In this document: positions 22,207 through 26,800 of the stretch, one piece after another
How the letters are laid out: every line of letters starts with the position of its first letter
Position numbering within the stretch: position 1 is the stretch's first letter
Assembly: GCA_963575745.1 (NCBI GenBank)
Contig: CAUYUJ010000336.1
Location: 434,001-460,800 of the forward strand
Direction of reading: 5' to 3'
Length of the DNA stretch: 26,800 bases
Source: Prorocentrum cordatum
Taxonomy: Eukaryota
Notes under the pieces: model-generated
Databases searched by the model: none
Seen by the model: the letters and a program-made list of their open reading frames with translations, nothing else
Told to the model about the DNA's origin: nothing
Position numbers and translations under genes: made by a program

Positions 22207-22636
22207 TCACCTCAGGTTCTTGAGCTTCGTGTCGTGCAGGGTGACTATGGCTTTCTTAGCCTCCGTTTCTGTGGAGATGCGTACTTGACCGTATCCGAAC
22301 GGTCTGCCGTAGACGGTCCCGTCTTCGTGAGCACTCTGCGGAATTCCACGCTGCCCGCCTGCTTCACGTGGTCCTATAGGTCGCGCCAGTCGCCGTCGTA
22401 AGATAAGCTCCCCACGTAGACCTGGCTTGAAGCTGATGACGTTGGCTCGTCCACGCCTCGCCCCGCCTTCTGCCACTGCTGTCCCAACTCGCACTCCCTG
22501 CCCGCGCCGCGGCTGGCCTGCGGCGTGCCGCTGCGCTTGTTTAGCGTGCACGTGTCCCCCCACACCCTGCCCTCGTCCTCCTCGTTCCCCGCGTCGTTGT
22601 CAGACACCTCCTGCTCCTTCTCCTCCCCGGCTGTGT
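22207..22636 (-). pseudogene. Intronless RRM-protein pseudogene (Gbp2/hnRNP M-like RRM), antisense in LUC7 intron 4
   Basis: QVYVGSLSYDGDWRDL*DHVKQAGSVEFRRVLT / EDGTVYGRPFGYGQVRISTETEAKKAIVTLHDTKL. Contains RNP2, a W-x-D-L-K-D-type helix and RNP1. In-frame TAG at 22374-22376 and a 1-nt frameshift near 22327. The 5' side is cut by a repeat element at 22639. Confidence 0.85.
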
Positions 22637-22638
22637 AA

Positions 22639-23720
22639 ATCTCATGGCCTTTCGGCCCAGCCCGCCACCGTGCCTGGGGTCTGGGTGCAAAGCCGATTGG
22701 ATGTTCGTTGGGATCTCGCGGGAGTCCTCCTGGGGGCCGCTCGTCGGGGGCCTCTTGGAGGCAGTTTGGGAGCCTCTTGGGGGCCGTCGGGGGGCCTCTT
22801 GGGGGCCGCGTGGGTCCCCTTGGGGGCCTCTTGGAGGCCTCCTGGGACCCCCTGGGCGCCTCTTTCGGCCTGGTCTCTTGGGGCGGAAGGCTGGGATTGT
22901 CGGTTCGTGTTCCCTCTCTTGGGCCACTTTTGGGGCCGTCTTGGGCGCCTCCTGGGCCATCTTGGGGCCCTCTTGGGGGCCTCTTCGGGCGTCATGGGGC
23001 GGTCTTGGGGACCTCTGGGGCCGTCTTGGGGCGTCGGAAGTCCGAAAAAGCGAGAACGCCAACCTCCTTCGAACACCCGGGAAAAAATTAGTGATTCCTC
23101 TCGCTTCGCGGGGTGCACGTCCGGAGTACGTGCAGTCAAGTCGTTTTGGGGGTTCTCGGGAGTTTCGTGGGGGGCGTCTTGGGCCTTTTGGAGGCTTCTT
23201 GGGGATTTCTTGGAGGCCTCTTGGGGATTTCTTGCGGCCCCTTTGGGGCCTCTGGGGGGCCTCTTGGGGCCTCTTGGGGGCGTCTTGGGCCGTCTTGGGG
23301 CGCTTACGCGCCGTTTCGCCCCTGGAGGCTGTCTTCGGGGCCTCTCGCGGTCTCCCTGGGACTCTCTTGGGGTTCTCTTGGGCCGTCTTAGGGGCCTCTT
23401 GGACCGTCTTGGGGGCCCATTTGGGCAGTCTTGGGGCCCTCCTGGGCCGTTTTTGAGCCATCTTGGGGGCTTATTGGGCTGTCTTGGGGCGATGTTGGAG
23501 GCGTCTTGGGCCGTCATGGGCTTTTGAGAGTCGCGAAAGAAGTCAAAAGTCCTAGGGACACGGGGCCCTCTGAGCCCGTCCTCGGAGCTTTTTGGATTCT
23601 CTTGGGGCCATCTTGGGCCGTCTTGGGGTCGTCTTGGCCCGCGCAGAGGCCATCTTGAGCCGTCTTGAGGCTCTCGTGGGCCCCCAAAAGGGCCAAAAGT
23701 ACAGAATCATCGATCTTCCA
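22639..23720 (-). mobile_element. Same element family (copy 3)
   Basis: ATCTCATGGCCTTTCGGCCCAGCCCGCCACCGTGCCTGGG followed by ~1 kb of GGGGCCTCTT/GGGCCGTCTT array. The right boundary is approximate. Confidence 0.55.
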
Positions 23721-24044
23721 TAGGTTCTTGTAGGTTTTCAGGCCCAGAAGGGGTCCACCACTTTTGGGTCGACGGATGTGGCGTGACCCCTGGGGGGGTA
23801 GGGGTGAGACATAATAGTGTAACACAATACAACGTGTAGCAATTTTGCAACAATTTGATACATTGGTTTCGTTGCATTACCGCCTCCACAGAAAACGCTG
23901 CCGCTCAGCACGTCACTTCGGGACGTGTACCTTCCAAAGCCAGCTCTAATCATGGGCGGCGACCAACTTCCACCTGGCTGGCGCTGCGCCGCACTTCGCC
24001 CAGGGGGGGAAATGACAGTACACTCCAGTCGCTGTGTGGGCTTC

Positions 24045-24232
24045 GGGGGGTTTCTACGGGGCCTTGTTTGGGGGCTTCTTGGAGACTTCTTGGAGGCCTC
24101 TTGGGCGTTTCTTGGGGCCTCTTGGGGCCTCTCGCGGCCGCCTTGGGGCCCTTTTGGGGTCCTCTTGGGCCGTCTTAGGGGACACTTGGACCGTCTTGGG
24201 GGCCTATTTGGGCCGTGTTGGGGCCCTTTTCC
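24045..24232 (+). repeat. Degenerate GGGGCCTCTT block
   Basis: Same unit as the other blocks; resembles 23150-23450. Confidence 0.85.
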
Positions 24233-24579
24233 TCGACAGGTCGAGTGCTGGACGGACGACTCCATGGGCGGCGCGCCCTTGCCGCGATCGTGCCAGCCGC
24301 CAGCCTGTTGTTGCGGTCTCTTCGCAGCCAGGATACGCCCTTGCCTGCGCTCTCGACAGCTTCGCAGCGCGATTTCCGCAGCGCGAGTGCTAGAGCCGAC
24401 GTGGCCTTGCTACGCTCATCAGGAGGGGGCTTCGTGCATGGGCAGCCACACTCGCCCGTCTCTGGACCCGCTGGCCAACGCCATGGGTCGCACTTGCTCC
24501 GATAGCGTGCTCTCCCAGCTGAAGGTTTACGTCTGTGCACTGCGCGACGTAACCGGTGCCTCTGTCGTCAACATTCTGA

Positions 24580-25075
24580 ACATCAGTTTTATCATCGGCA
24601 TGTTGATTATTCTTAGTATGACTTGCATGTTTATTAAGAGTACCAACATTATGAATAGTACCAGTATTCATATTAGTATTATTAGTGTCATTCTTATGAT
24701 CATAAATAATACCAGCATCATCAGTAGCATGATCAGCTGTCATGATCGTCATCATCATTGTCACCAATAGCATCTTCATACTCATCGTCGTTGCCATCGT
24801 CATCATAATCAGACGCATTATCATCATCACCACCATCACCATCACAATCACCATCATCACCATCATCATCATCACCAGCCTCGTCGTCACCGTCGTCGTC
24901 ATCATCGTCATCATCTACTGGTGCCAGTAGCATTATCATCACCAACAGCATCACCATCATCAACATCATCATGATCGTCGTCGTCGCGCTCGTGGTCGTA
25001 CTCGTCGTCGTCGTCGGCATCATCGTCACCATCACCACCATCATCATGACTTCCATCATCTCCGCCATCATCACG
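24580..25075. repeat. Degenerate (CAT/CAC/CGT/TAT)n trinucleotide repeat
   Basis: catcatcatcaccatc...; source of the poly-I/M/D pseudo-ORFs. Confidence 0.9.
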
Positions 25076-25827
25076 AGCACGCCTCCGCCGCGTGCTGTTT
25101 CTCCGCTTCCTCGTGCTATCCTCCCGCCGTAGTTAATGCTGAGTTCACCGTGGGCTATGGTTATGGGCCGCGATTCCAAAAAGGGCAGAGCGGGTCGCAT
25201 TACAAGCAGCACGTTCCACAATCGGGCGTCCGTGCGTGGATACGTACTTGTATGTATCAAATAGCTTAAGGTTCGAGTCCGAGTATCTCTCTGGATCCTT
25301 GTGGGCTCGTGCGCGTATTTCGGGCAGGGATCAGTTGGTGCACTCCCTGCCGTTAGCGTACACATCCGAGAATGTTTTCGGGTAGTTGGCTGTTCGCTTG
25401 CCATTCACAGCAGATCGACGGTATTGCCTAAGTGCCAATCAAGTTCGACAGCATGAGTGTCCCCCTCCCCCACTGGCCGTACCTGCTCCTCAATCACTTC
25501 CCCCCCTCTCCGTCGAAGCCCCTCGCACATATCCCCTCCCCTTCCCCATCCCCCGCCCTCTGCCATTCCTGCCTCCCCCTCTATGCCTCCCCGCCCCTCC
25601 TTGGACCCTCCCTCGATTCCTCCGGGGAGGGAAGCCCTGCCCCTCGGCGAGACCTCAGGCCGTTTGTGCGAGGGCCGCGCGGGCCGGCGCAGGTATACCA
25701 CGGGCTTTTGACCCCGCGGCGCGACGAGCTCAGTCGCCGGTATGAACGCCAGCGGGGTGCGCCCAACTTGGAATTGCGCCCTGTGTGCACGGGGAGTCGG
25801 AGGAAATCGGAGGACCCCAGCTGTGCA

Positions 25828-25946
25828 CGTGTGTGAGTGCGTGTGCGTGTGCGTGTGGGTGTGGGCTTGTGCTTTTGTGCTTGTGTGCTTGTGTGCTTGT
25901 GTGTTTGTGAGTGCGTGCGTTTGCGTGTGCGTGTGCGTGTGCGTGC
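25828..25946. repeat. (TG)/(TGCG)/(TGTGCT) compound microsatellite
   Basis: Directly visible; ends ~120 nt upstream of exon 5. Confidence 0.9.
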
Positions 25947-26065
25947 GCCCTCGCTTGGCCAGGCTTGGCCAGGCCAGGACCGGTGCAAGGGTGCACAGCT
26001 AGGGTCCTCCCCAGAGGCACGGAGGGGGCGGGCCGCGGGCAGGGCGGCAGCGGGCGCCGGCCCAG

Positions 26066-26096
26066 GTACCGCAGGCAGTACCTGGGAGAGCTGCAG
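26066..26096 (+). CDS. LUC7: LUC7 coding exon 5 (G + YRRQYLGELQ); gene continues beyond the window
   Basis: CCCAG|G acceptor with phase 2 matching exon 4. YRRQYLGELQ aligns with the LUC7 helix after ZnF1 (YERDFLRYLQ-type). Ends CAG|GC. An alternative in-frame acceptor lies at 26073-26074. Confidence 0.75.
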
Positions 26097-26287
26097 GCGG
26101 CCGCGCCCGGGCGCCCGGCTGGGGGAGAGATCGGGGGAACGTTAGACTCGAGTGCGCCAGAGTTCGGGTGTGCTTTTTTTGACGGGCCCGTACTGGACTT
26201 TGACGGGCAAGTTTTCACGGGATGTTTGAAGCAGGAGCCCGCGTCTGATTTCCGGCTCCCCTCAAGGGAGGGCGGATCGGCCGCGGC

Positions 26288-26353
26288 GGCAGGCGCAGGC
26301 GCAGGCGCAGGCGCCGGCGCAGGCGCAGGCGCAGGCGCAGGCGCAGGCGCAGG
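26288..26353. repeat. (GGCGCA)n hexamer repeat
   Basis: About 10 copies, one variant GGCGCC. Confidence 0.95.
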
Positions 26354-26625
26354 AGGGGTCAGGAGGGAGGTGTGGAACGTGTGAGCGATCTGCGCTCTAT
26401 CCATACCCCTGCGGCTGCCTCCAGCTCTGGGCGCCGCGTGAACAGGGCATGGCATGGATGAAAAACTTGGCCCCCAGAGGCCAGGCTCTTATTCGTGCTC
26501 CCACTTCGTTCCCTCGTAGAGGTCTGGCGTGGGCAGAGGCGCTTACAACAAAGCGACGACCACCAAGGAGCAGGTGGAGGAGCGGGGGGGAGAAGGGAGA
26601 GGAGCGATTCGGTAGAGCACTCTTT

Positions 26626-26800
26626 GGGGCCACAAAGCGTGTGAAAGGTGTACCAGATCGGGTACGATTACGCCGTGCGGACCCTGACGCTGGGGCCGTA
26701 TCGGGTGCGAATACGCCATGCGGACCTTGCCGCTGGGGCCTTCGGTGGAGCTCCTTATAGGGCCACGAAACGTGTGAGGGGTGTACCGAATCGGGTGCGG
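26626..26800. repeat. Start of a ~134 bp degenerate tandem repeat running off the window
   Basis: GGGCCACAAAGCGTGTGAAAGGTGTACCAGATCGGGTACG against GGGCCACGAAACGTGTGAGGGGTGTACCGAATCGGGTGCG. Confidence 0.6.

Noticed and set aside
22427..23527. Long overlapping ORFs (270-366 aa) on both strands, and similar GASWG/PKRPQ ORFs elsewhere
   Set aside because: They are translations of the stop-poor GGGGCCTCTT minisatellite, open in several frames at once.
24390..25404. Met/Asp/Ile-rich ORFs resembling membrane or acidic proteins
   Set aside because: They are translations of the (CAT)n trinucleotide repeat.

Overview
Eukaryotic, GC-rich, repeat-dense genomic DNA, most likely from a core dinoflagellate. 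That assignment is inferred from GC/GA splice donors, tiny exons in huge introns and a tandem relic of the dinoflagellate spliced leader. None of the long ORFs in the track is a real gene. The real gene, which the ORF track misses, is the 5' part of a LUC7-family U1 snRNP splicing factor on the + strand. It has five micro-exons (3295-3336, 16801-16860, 20200-20244, 20575-20672, 26066-26096) that splice in phase to MDATRALLDSLMGK-DRDAAGDSKRQSFKDEDVCK-YYLVGECPHDMFANQ-EGKVAVNSPIGACKKQHSEAMRERLKSDRDYR-RYRRQYLGELQ. All five donors are non-GT (GC, GA, GA, GC, GC), and zinc finger 1 has a 6-residue expansion. The introns (13.5, 3.3, 0.33, 5.4 kb and one open-ended) hold four kinds of insert: a ~4.9 kb foldback element with ~2 kb inverted arms carrying a decayed coding fragment, Helentron/DINE-1-like non-autonomous elements with GGGGCCTCTT arrays almost all on one strand, an antisense RRM-protein pseudogene, and many tandem or simple repeats. 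The ends of the three long introns show possible base-pairing complementarity. Everything was read by eye, so coordinates of degenerate repeats are approximate.
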